Source of the DNA: an uncultured Nitrososphaerota archaeon
Lineage (GTDB): Archaea; Korarchaeota; Korarchaeia; Korarchaeales; Korarchaeaceae
NCBI GenBank assembly: GCA_964519515.1
Contig: CAZFIJ010000042.1
Coordinates: 33-64,032, forward strand
Length of the DNA: 64,000 nucleotides
Direction: 5' to 3'
Position 1 is the stretch's first letter; every line of letters begins with the position of its first letter. The notes below the pieces were generated by a model, which saw only the letters and a list, made by a program, of their open reading frames with translations, made no database searches and was not told where the DNA came from. Below are positions 24,917 through 32,727 of this stretch, piece by piece. The translations under genes and the position numbers were made by a program.

Positions 24917-27100
24917 TCAGAACCATTCCTCTAACCCACCCTTCTTACTCTCCTGAACCTTTAGAGGGGAGAGAGTCCTCTCAATAACTTGGTCGAACAA
25001 GCTCAAGTAATAATCCAAATCTGCATCACTCACGTCAAAGAATTCTGCCGGTCTGGCTCTTTCTGTCACGCTCCCAGGTCCTTTAACTATTATTACCCTC
25101 AGGACCTGGCCCCTATGGACCTCTATCCCCTTCTCCGCTTTCAGCCATGTCGAGACCCTGAGGCCCTTCGTCATCCTCTCAAATCTTTCCTCTTCCTTTC
25201 CGATAGTCTCAAATATTATTAGATCTTCCCTCTTGATGTCCCCCCTTATTATTTTATCTCTGAATTTATTTACTATTTTTTCAATTTCGCTCTCCTTCCC
25301 CTTGAGGATAGCCTCAACGACCTCCCTCTGAGCCTCTTTGATTATCTTAGGATAATCCCTCCTTATGAACTCAAATCCCTTGACAATAATCCTTCCGTCC
25401 TCTAGTAAATGTGCATACTTTTTCTTCGCCAAATAAATTCCTTTTAATGCCTTATAACGGAGATCCAGCCTGAGTGGTATCTCCGAATTTATATCATCGA
25501 TTACGTCCTCACACTCCTTTCCGATGAATTGAATACCATCTGTATCTATGTAAATCACGCTTAAACCCTTAGATTCCAGCATCTCCCTGACCTTCTTTAT
25601 GTAGAGCCTTCCGTAGGCTGATGTCAGCCTAGCTGCAGATATATTCATGAATATAGCACTCTCCCAACCCATATACCCATAGATCGCATTAGTAACTACC
25701 TTTATTGCTCTTTGAGCTGCTTCCAGTCTCTTATACTCAGGGTCATCCGGTTTCAAATTCATGAGGCTTTCCTTAATCTTCGATCTTTCCTCTATCAACT
25801 TCCTCACCAATTGGGGGACGAGGCCCTCCCTATCTCTGCATACCTTAGCTCTCACTCCCTCCACATTCACCTCCTCTACTTCATCGCAGAGACCTTCCTC
25901 AGGATTGACTGTCTCGAAGCTCAAATTGTGTAGAGCCATTATAGAAGGGTACATGCTAGCGAAATCCAGATAACAGATGTCTTCATAAATCCCTGGAGAT
26001 CTTATCCAAACGAATCCTCCCTCATAACTCTCTTCGAGTCTTTGAGGCGATGAGAAAGCGATCCAATCCCTTGATCTCGACTCCCTGAGGAGTATCGCCT
26101 CTACTATCTCCCCGACAGAACTCCTGAGCAGTTTGTGGATAGGGACCAGCGACATCTTAGATAGAGCGACCTGATTATCGATTATTTTCGAGTATATTCC
26201 AATTATTGTACTTAATTTCTTCCTCATATAGTCTAGGACATTGTCCCTATTCAGCTTCCAAGCTTCAGCCACTCTGAACTTCATCATGACCTCTGGTCTA
26301 TCGACCCCGAGCTCGTCAGCTAATTCGTACCAAGTCCTCTCAGGGAGTTGGGGGAAATCCCTCCAAGCCACTGAGAAGAGATCTAGATTGGCCCTCCCTC
26401 TGATCCTGTTCTCCACTATGATAGTACCTCTGAAGAACTTACCGGTCTCCATAGGTTCAGATCCATCCCTCCCAATCGAGAATCTGAGCCCGAGGTGTTT
26501 AGAACGGGCCATCATGTGCTTGAATTCATCAGCATCTTGACCATAACCTACTATTACATCCGGATTCTCCTTATTTATCACTGAGGCAAATTCCCTTATG
26601 ACGGAGGAATCGTCTAAATCGTTTGTTGATATCACCTCAATGGGGCCATCATCCACGGAATAAGAAATAGCGACTATCGGGCTTTTTCCCTCAACAGGAA
26701 ATCCATCTTCGCTGTATATCATCCCGGAGAAGAAGAACTTCTTCAGATCCTCAATACCATAGCTCTCGCTCGGATTATCTGGATCGCTGAATGGGATCAA
26801 TCCGCTATCCAAGATGAACTTAAACCAGGATGGTATTCCCGTCTCCATCGGATTTTTCAACCCCTTCATCGCTTTTTTCATCGATCTCTCGTCCTTAAAA
26901 TAGACCTTCACTAGATCCCTCTCTACCCCCATCACTTTCTTCCTCACTCGTTCCTTCTCCAAGAAACCGCTCAGATTTCCCTCCTCTTCAGGTAGAATAT
27001 AGAAATAAGGCCTAAATTTTACCCTCTCACTCATTCCACCTGAGAACCAGAGCTCCAATTGATCCTCCATATCCTCTATGTGAAAGTATATTTTACGCAT
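24917..27100 (-). CDS. family B DNA polymerase paralogue with degenerate 3'-5' exonuclease motifs
   Basis: 727 aa. Pol A YLDFASMYPSIM, Pol B KVVTNAIYGYMG and Pol C VIYIDTDGIQF are present. The Exo I (IVAISYSVDD) and Exo II (GYGQDADEFKHM) positions lack the acidic and NxxxFD residues. Confidence 0.85.
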   Translation of the reverse strand: MRKIYFHIEDMEDQLELWFSGGMSERVKFRPYFYILPEEEGNLSGFLEKERVRKKVMGVERDLVKVYFKDERSMKKAMKGLKNPMETGIPSWFKFILDSGLIPFSDPDNPSESYGIEDLKKFFFSGMIYSEDGFPVEGKSPIVAISYSVDDGPIEVISTNDLDDSSVIREFASVINKENPDVIVGYGQDADEFKHMMARSKHLGLRFSIGRDGSEPMETGKFFRGTIIVENRIRGRANLDLFSVAWRDFPQLPERTWYELADELGVDRPEVMMKFRVAEAWKLNRDNVLDYMRKKLSTIIGIYSKIIDNQVALSKMSLVPIHKLLRSSVGEIVEAILLRESRSRDWIAFSSPQRLEESYEGGFVWIRSPGIYEDICYLDFASMYPSIMALHNLSFETVNPEEGLCDEVEEVNVEGVRAKVCRDREGLVPQLVRKLIEERSKIKESLMNLKPDDPEYKRLEAAQRAIKVVTNAIYGYMGWESAIFMNISAARLTSAYGRLYIKKVREMLESKGLSVIYIDTDGIQFIGKECEDVIDDINSEIPLRLDLRYKALKGIYLAKKKYAHLLEDGRIIVKGFEFIRRDYPKIIKEAQREVVEAILKGKESEIEKIVNKFRDKIIRGDIKREDLIIFETIGKEEERFERMTKGLRVSTWLKAEKGIEVHRGQVLRVIIVKGPGSVTERARPAEFFDVSDADLDYYLSLFDQVIERTLSPLKVQESKKGGLEEWF

Positions 27101-27111
27101 GTTCCCTCCTT

Positions 27112-27140
27112 ACTTATAAAACGGACGTCCCCTATAATAA
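27112..27140. promoter_or_regulatory. two interleaved TATA-like elements (ACTTATAAAA and CCTATAATAA) in the 41-nt polB-paralogue/thiI divergent spacer
   Basis: Each element lies ~25-35 nt from the start codon of the gene on the far side (thiI GTG 27142; polB paralogue ATG 27100). Confidence 0.35.
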
Positions 27141-27141
27141 T

Positions 27142-28263
27142 GTGAGGGAGTTCAACGCAGTAATAATCAGGTACTCAGAGATCGGCCTTAAGAGTCCGGG
27201 CGTCAGATCGAATATGGAGAGAGCTCTCCAGAGGAACTTAGAGGAAACATACAGGAATGAGGGTGTTAACTTCATAAAGGTAATTAAGAGAGCTGCTAGA
27301 TTGATAGCTTACACTAAGGATCCTAAAGTCAGAGAGATCACAAAACTAGTCCTTGGGATTAGCTCTTACAGCCCCTCTCTGGAGACAAATGCTGATCTCG
27401 ATTCTATCACTAATGCTGCTAAGTTGGTAGCTACATGGGGGGAAGGGAGCTTCGCCATAAGGGTCCAGAGGGTGACTAAGGAATTTCCAATGACTTCCCC
27501 AGATTTAGCTAAGGAGATAGGGGCTAAGGTGAAAGAGAGCACCGGTAGAAGTGTGAATTTAGATCATCCGGATCAGGAGATATATATAGAGTTGATCAGA
27601 GGCTATGCTTATGTCTCCGATGAGAAGATCAGAGGATATGGAGGACTGCCCGTGGGTACTCAGGGCAAGGTCTTAGCGCTTATATCAGGAGGTATCGATA
27701 GCCCGGTTGCTGCTTGGCTCCTCATGAGGAGAGGCGCTCAGATAATTCCCCTACATTTCAGGAAGAGCCCCGCTGAGGAGGAGACCTTCATTAAGATAGT
27801 CAACGTCCTGAGAAGGTATTCCTACGGGGTGAAGATGGAGCCCATAATTCTGGAGCACGGGGGATTCCTCTCTGAAATATCGAGGGAAGCGAGGGAGTGG
27901 ACCTGTCTCTTATGCAAGAGGAGGATGCTAGTGACAGCTGATAAGATAGCTAGGGAGATCGGAGCCCACGGAATCGTGACTGGGGATTCTCTCGGACAAG
28001 TTGCATCTCAGACCCTAGCCAATCTCGAGGTAGAGAGCAGATGCCTCGAGAGGCCCGTCTTCAGACCTCTTATAGGAATGGACAAGGATGATATCATTAA
28101 GATAGCTAAGGAGATCGGGACTTATGATATCTCGATAAGCTACAAGGAGAGCTGCCCTTTCGCACCTAAGAGACCGAAGACGCTAGCTAATTGGAGGAAT
28201 TTCGTGAAAATCGCTGAAAAACTCGGTCAAAAGGGAATTATAAGTGGATGTAATGGGGCTTAG
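27142..28263 (+). CDS. thiI: tRNA 4-thiouridine synthase ThiI (THUMP + PP-loop, no rhodanese domain)
   Basis: 373 aa. N-terminal ferredoxin-like/THUMP region, PP-loop LISGGIDSPVAAWL, and CLLCKRRM. Confidence 0.9.
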   Translation: MREFNAVIIRYSEIGLKSPGVRSNMERALQRNLEETYRNEGVNFIKVIKRAARLIAYTKDPKVREITKLVLGISSYSPSLETNADLDSITNAAKLVATWGEGSFAIRVQRVTKEFPMTSPDLAKEIGAKVKESTGRSVNLDHPDQEIYIELIRGYAYVSDEKIRGYGGLPVGTQGKVLALISGGIDSPVAAWLLMRRGAQIIPLHFRKSPAEEETFIKIVNVLRRYSYGVKMEPIILEHGGFLSEISREAREWTCLLCKRRMLVTADKIAREIGAHGIVTGDSLGQVASQTLANLEVESRCLERPVFRPLIGMDKDDIIKIAKEIGTYDISISYKESCPFAPKRPKTLANWRNFVKIAEKLGQKGIISGCNGA

Positions 28264-28382
28264 CAGCTTCCGTGTTTCCCGAGCCCTTGAGGAGCTCAGT
28301 ACTCCACGGAACGCGGCCAGGCTTAACTTCCGGGTTCGGAATGGGTCCGGGTGTGTCCCTGGCCGCTATGGCCGCTCGCCCC
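28255..28382 (-). rRNA. rrf: 5S ribosomal RNA
   Basis: The reverse complement reads GGGGCGAGCGGCCAUAGCGGCCAGGGACACACCCGGACCCAUUCCGAACCCGGAAGUUAAGCCUGGCCGCGUUCCGUGGAGUACUGAGCUCCUCAAGGGCUCGGGAAACACGGAAGCUGCUAAGCCCC. It contains the universal CCGAACCCGGAAGUUAAGCC core. The ends pair as helix I (GGGGC/GCCCC and AGCGGC/GCUGCU), and GGCCAGG/CCUGGCC forms helix II. Confidence 0.93.
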
Positions 28383-28398
28383 ACTTACATGACTAGCT

Positions 28399-28410
28399 CT
28401 ATTTAAAAAC
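28399..28410. promoter_or_regulatory. near-palindromic TATA element (CTATTTAAAAAC) between 5S rRNA and ileS
   Basis: It is centred ~23 nt from the 5S 5' end on the minus strand and ~28 nt upstream of the second in-frame ileS ATG (28433). Confidence 0.45.
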
Positions 28411-28420
28411 TTAGGCCCTC

Positions 28421-31405
28421 ATGTTCGGGAGAATGAAGGGGAGAGGTGCTAAGGGGATGCCTAAGCTGAGGAGGCTGGGAAGGAACTTCGATCCTAAAAG
28501 CTACGAGCAGGAAATTTTGAGATATTGGGATGAGAGAAAGATTTATGAAAAGTTAAGGGAATCTAGAATTGGTGCAAAGAAGTTCCATTTTCTAGATGGA
28601 CCGCCATATCCATCATCAGATACTCCCCATCCCGGTACCGTCTGGAATAAGGTAGTGAAGGATGCTGTAGTGAGGTTCAAGAGAGGGGAAGGCTACTTCG
28701 TTCTCGACAAGCCTGGTTGGGATACGCATGGGCTACCGATAGAGGTCATGACAGAGAGATCTCTCGGTTTCTCATCAAAAAAAGACATAGAAACATTCGG
28801 GATAGCGAAGTTCGTGGAACAGTGCAGGGAGCTAGCAGCGAGGAACATAGAGTCCATGACGCGACATTTCAAGGAGTTCGGGGTCTCATTGGATTGGAGC
28901 TCTCCATATATAACATACGAGAGGGAGTACATTGAGAGCGCATGGTGGGGGATAAAGAAGATATGGGAGAATGGAATGCTTTATCAAGGGGAGAGGCCTG
29001 TCCATTGGTGTCCTAGATGTGAGACAGTCCTCTCCGATTATGAGGTCAGTGAAAGTTACAAGGAGTTAGTGGATCCATCTATATATGTGAAATTTAAACT
29101 AGTTGATAAGCCTGAATATATTCTAATTTGGACCACTACTCCCTGGACACTTCCCGGGAACGTAGCGGTAATGGTGCATCCAGATGAGAAATATGTGAAA
29201 GTTAAGACGGATTCAGGAGTTCTCATACTGGCCGAGAAGAGGCTTGAGCACGTTATGAAGGAAGCGGGTATCAAGAGCTATGAGGTCATAGACGAATTTC
29301 AGGGAAGATCCCTAGAGGGCCTGAAATATGAACACCCTCTCGAGGACGTAGTCGATATCCAGAGGGAGCTGAGGGATCATCATACGATAATCCTGAGCTC
29401 AGAATATGTAACGATGGAGGAAGGGAGTGGATGTGTTCATTCAGCCCCCGGACATGGGAAGGAAGATTTTGAGGCTTGCTCAAGGTATGGACTCCCGGTG
29501 AAGAGTCCAGTAGATGAGAGAGGCTTATTCACTGCTGAAGCTGGGAAATATGCTGGTCTTAACGTTAGGGAAGCTAATAATTTGATAATAAGAGATCTGG
29601 AGGAGAGAGGCGCTTTAGTAGCTAAAGGTACTGTAGTCCATAAGTACCCTGTATGTTGGAGGTGCGACACTCCCCTAATAATAAGAGCGACGAAACAATG
29701 GTTCATACGGATATCCGATATAAGGGAAAAACTTCTTAGCGAGAGTGATAAGGTGAAATGGGTCCCCAAATGGGGAGGGGAGAGGAGATTCAGGGACTGG
29801 CTGCTGGGCGTCGAGGATTGGATAATATCTAGGCAGAGGTATTGGGGGATACCTATACCCATATGGACTTGTGAGAAATGCGGTAAGGTTGAGGTAGTAG
29901 GATCCTCAAGGGAGTTGGAAGAAAGGTCGGGCGTCAAATTAAGTGACTTGCATAGGCCTTGGGTCGATGAAGTCTCAATTAAATGCGACTCCTGTGGTGG
30001 CACTATGAGGAGGATTCCCGATATAATGGATGTCTGGTACGATTCAGGGATCTCCTTCTTCGCGAGCTTAGGATATCCTTACAAGACCGATTCAATTAGC
30101 GAGATATTCCCAGTGGACTTCATAACTGAGGGACATGATCAAGTGAGGGGGTGGTTCTTCTCACTCCTTAGGATGGGCGTCCTCCTCTTCGGAAGGGCTC
30201 CTTACAGATCTGTCCTCATGCACGGTTTCATGCTCGATGAGAAAGGAAGGGAGATGCATAAGAGGCTTGGGAACTACGTCCCACCTCAAGAAATAGTTAA
30301 GAGATTCGGAAGGGATTGTTTCAGGGCCTTCGTATTGACGAAGGTCCCATGGCAGGATCTTAGGTTCTCCTGGAAGGGAATGGAGGAAGTTTTGAAGAAG
30401 TTGAACATAATATGGAATGTTTACGTTTTCGCTACGACATATATAGGGGATAGAGAGGTCAAGGATCTAGATCCAGGGGATGTGAGAGATCCTATAAATA
30501 AATGGCTCATTTCCAGGCTCAATACTATGATGAAAAACTACAGGGAGGCTATGGAAGAATACAATCTTCATGTCGCGAGTAATGAGATCATAAACTTCCT
30601 CGTGGAGGATGTGAGTCATCTATACCTCAGGGTCTCCAGGAAGAAGATAAGGTCTAAGGATGAAGCCACTTCCTCAGAGTGGATGAGTGTCCTCTACTAT
30701 GTGCTGAGAAATGCTATTCCCTACTTATCTGTAGTGACTCCCTTCCTAGCTGAGAAGATCTATCTAGATGCTTTCATGATGAATGGTGACCCTGAGAGCG
30801 TGAACTTCCTAACCTTACCGGAACCGAATCGCTACATGATAGATGAAGAGCTCGAATCCCTGATGGACATCGTTAGGGGGATAATAAGTTCGTCAGGGCA
30901 AGCTAGATCAAGCGTGGGGCTTAAGAGAAGGCAACCACTCAGACAGATGGTAATATCCTCCGAGGATCCTCGTGTGAAGAAGGCCGTAGAGAATTTCTCT
31001 GAGGTCATAATGATGGAGGCTAATTTGAGGGAAGTGGAGCTTGGGGATCCACCTAAGGATGGGAAGTGGGTAGAGGGGAGCTTCAATGGTGGGAAGATAT
31101 ATCTCTCTCTAGAGATAGGGGAAGAAGAACGCTTAGAAGGCCTCTCTAGGGAGCTTATCAGAAGGATACAGCTCATGAGGAAGGAATTGGGACTCACCTT
31201 AGGCGTTGAGAGGATAGAGGTTTATATACAAGGGGATGAGGAGATAAAAAAGGCTGTTGATAGTTTCTACGATGATATAGTCTGGAACTCCGATGCGGAT
31301 CTCGTACAGATAGTGAATAGCCCGGAGGAGGTTTCTGAGTTCTCCCTGGGCAAGGAGTGGGAGATAGATGGTAAAAAGGTGGTCATATGGGTGAGGAAGA
31401 TCTAG
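28421..31405 (+). CDS. ileS: isoleucyl-tRNA synthetase
   Basis: 994 aa. DGPPYPSSDTPHPGTVWNKVVKD, GWDTHGLPIE, editing-domain TTPWTLPGN and VHSAPGHGKEDF, Zn-site CWRCDTPLI, and a KMSKS-region GREMHKRLGN. The start may be ATG 28433 rather than 28421. Confidence 0.9.
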   Translation: MFGRMKGRGAKGMPKLRRLGRNFDPKSYEQEILRYWDERKIYEKLRESRIGAKKFHFLDGPPYPSSDTPHPGTVWNKVVKDAVVRFKRGEGYFVLDKPGWDTHGLPIEVMTERSLGFSSKKDIETFGIAKFVEQCRELAARNIESMTRHFKEFGVSLDWSSPYITYEREYIESAWWGIKKIWENGMLYQGERPVHWCPRCETVLSDYEVSESYKELVDPSIYVKFKLVDKPEYILIWTTTPWTLPGNVAVMVHPDEKYVKVKTDSGVLILAEKRLEHVMKEAGIKSYEVIDEFQGRSLEGLKYEHPLEDVVDIQRELRDHHTIILSSEYVTMEEGSGCVHSAPGHGKEDFEACSRYGLPVKSPVDERGLFTAEAGKYAGLNVREANNLIIRDLEERGALVAKGTVVHKYPVCWRCDTPLIIRATKQWFIRISDIREKLLSESDKVKWVPKWGGERRFRDWLLGVEDWIISRQRYWGIPIPIWTCEKCGKVEVVGSSRELEERSGVKLSDLHRPWVDEVSIKCDSCGGTMRRIPDIMDVWYDSGISFFASLGYPYKTDSISEIFPVDFITEGHDQVRGWFFSLLRMGVLLFGRAPYRSVLMHGFMLDEKGREMHKRLGNYVPPQEIVKRFGRDCFRAFVLTKVPWQDLRFSWKGMEEVLKKLNIIWNVYVFATTYIGDREVKDLDPGDVRDPINKWLISRLNTMMKNYREAMEEYNLHVASNEIINFLVEDVSHLYLRVSRKKIRSKDEATSSEWMSVLYYVLRNAIPYLSVVTPFLAEKIYLDAFMMNGDPESVNFLTLPEPNRYMIDEELESLMDIVRGIISSSGQARSSVGLKRRQPLRQMVISSEDPRVKKAVENFSEVIMMEANLREVELGDPPKDGKWVEGSFNGGKIYLSLEIGEEERLEGLSRELIRRIQLMRKELGLTLGVERIEVYIQGDEEIKKAVDSFYDDIVWNSDADLVQIVNSPEEVSEFSLGKEWEIDGKKVVIWVRKI

Positions 31406-32664
31406 TAAGAGTTCATGGATGGGTAAGTGAAGTCAGAAACCTTGGAAAAGTGAGATTCATAGTTATAAGGAATTGGAATGAGAAGATTCAGATAACACTG
31501 AAGAGAGGGATAGTTGAGGATGGCCTCTTCGATCTCACTGAAAATCTAACTCAAGAATCCGTGATAGAGGTCTTAGGGAGAGAGTTAAAGGAGAAGATAG
31601 CAATCGGAGCCGATAGAGAGGTCATACCAGAGAGGATAATCGTGCACTCGCTCGCCAGCCCCCAGTTACCGCTGGACCCTAACTGGAAGGTACCGGCTCA
31701 AGTCCCGACTAGATTCGATAATAGGCCATTGGACTTGAGGAGACCTGAAATTCAGGCGATATTCAAAATAGAGTCCTCCTTACTCGATGGAATGGAGGAT
31801 TGGCTCAGAAGAAATGGTTTCATAAGAGTATTCACTCCAGCGCTCATAGGGGCAGCTAGTGAGAGTGGGGCTGAGGTGTTTAAGGTCCTCTACTTCGATA
31901 AGGAGGCTTACCTAAGGCAAGACCCCCAACTTCACAGACAATTGACAATCTTAGGAGGTTTTGAGAGAATTTATGACCTTGGAACGAACTGGAGAGCTGA
32001 ATTGAGTAGGACTCCAAGACATTTAAGTGAGTTCAGATCTTTAGCAGTAGAATTGGCCTTCATAGAGAATGAACAGGATACTATGAGGGTAGAGGAGCAG
32101 ATCATAAGGGAAGGGATTAAGAGAGTCGTCGAGGAGAGGTCTAAGGAACTGGAGCTCCTTAATGTGTATCTGGAAGTCCCTAAGGTACCGTTTCCCGAGC
32201 TAAGGTTCCCGAAGATTTACGACATCCTCGAAGAGTATGGGAAGATAATTGAATATGGAGAGGACTATGATACTGAAAGCGAGAGACTTCTTTGGCAATA
32301 TGTGAGAGAAAATTATAATTCTGACTTCTTCTTCGTCAATCGCTTCCCCTTCAAGGTGAAGCCGTTCTACGTAATGAGAGAAGATGATACTTGGGCTAGG
32401 AGCGTGGATCTCCTCTACAAAGGGTTAGAGCTGAGTTCTGGAGGACAAAGAGAGCACAGATATGACGTCTTGATATCTCAGATAAGGGAAAAGGGTTTAG
32501 ATCCCAGAAGCCTAGAATGGTTCACTAAGTTCTTCGCTTACGGGGCTCCACCACATGGTGGATTCGCGATAGGCATAGAGAGACTCCTAATGAAGATGCT
32601 GGAGCTGAGCAGTGTCAAGGAGGCCTCACTGTTTCCTAGAGATCCCGATAGAATTCTGCCTTAA
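31387..32664 (+). CDS. aspS: aspartyl-tRNA synthetase (archaeal type)
   Basis: 425 aa. N-terminal OB fold VHGWVSEVRNLGKVRFIVIR, class II motif 2 WRAELSRTPRHLSEFRSL and motif 3 GGFAIGIERL. The start overlaps the ileS 3' end. Confidence 0.9.
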   Translation: MGEEDLVRVHGWVSEVRNLGKVRFIVIRNWNEKIQITLKRGIVEDGLFDLTENLTQESVIEVLGRELKEKIAIGADREVIPERIIVHSLASPQLPLDPNWKVPAQVPTRFDNRPLDLRRPEIQAIFKIESSLLDGMEDWLRRNGFIRVFTPALIGAASESGAEVFKVLYFDKEAYLRQDPQLHRQLTILGGFERIYDLGTNWRAELSRTPRHLSEFRSLAVELAFIENEQDTMRVEEQIIREGIKRVVEERSKELELLNVYLEVPKVPFPELRFPKIYDILEEYGKIIEYGEDYDTESERLLWQYVRENYNSDFFFVNRFPFKVKPFYVMREDDTWARSVDLLYKGLELSSGGQREHRYDVLISQIREKGLDPRSLEWFTKFFAYGAPPHGGFAIGIERLLMKMLELSSVKEASLFPRDPDRILP

Positions 32665-32727
32665 TATGAGGGCCTTAATTACGACAATCATCGTAAAATG
32701 ATAATGATAGGACGAGATATGGAGAGC

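Noticed and set aside
24914-24919. The stop codons of convergent rps26e (TGA) and the polB paralogue (TCA on the plus strand) form the palindrome TGATCA with zero spacing. Several other convergent pairs overlap by 4-35 nt.
   Set aside because: This is consistent with general genome compaction in this window. There is no evidence of a specific regulatory role.
28610-28640. IleRS HIGH motif reads HPGT instead of H-x-G-H.
   Set aside because: As far as I recall, H-x-G-T followed by (A/V)WNK is the normal form in archaeal IleRS, so this is probably not an anomaly. Only the KMSKS-loop variant is reported.
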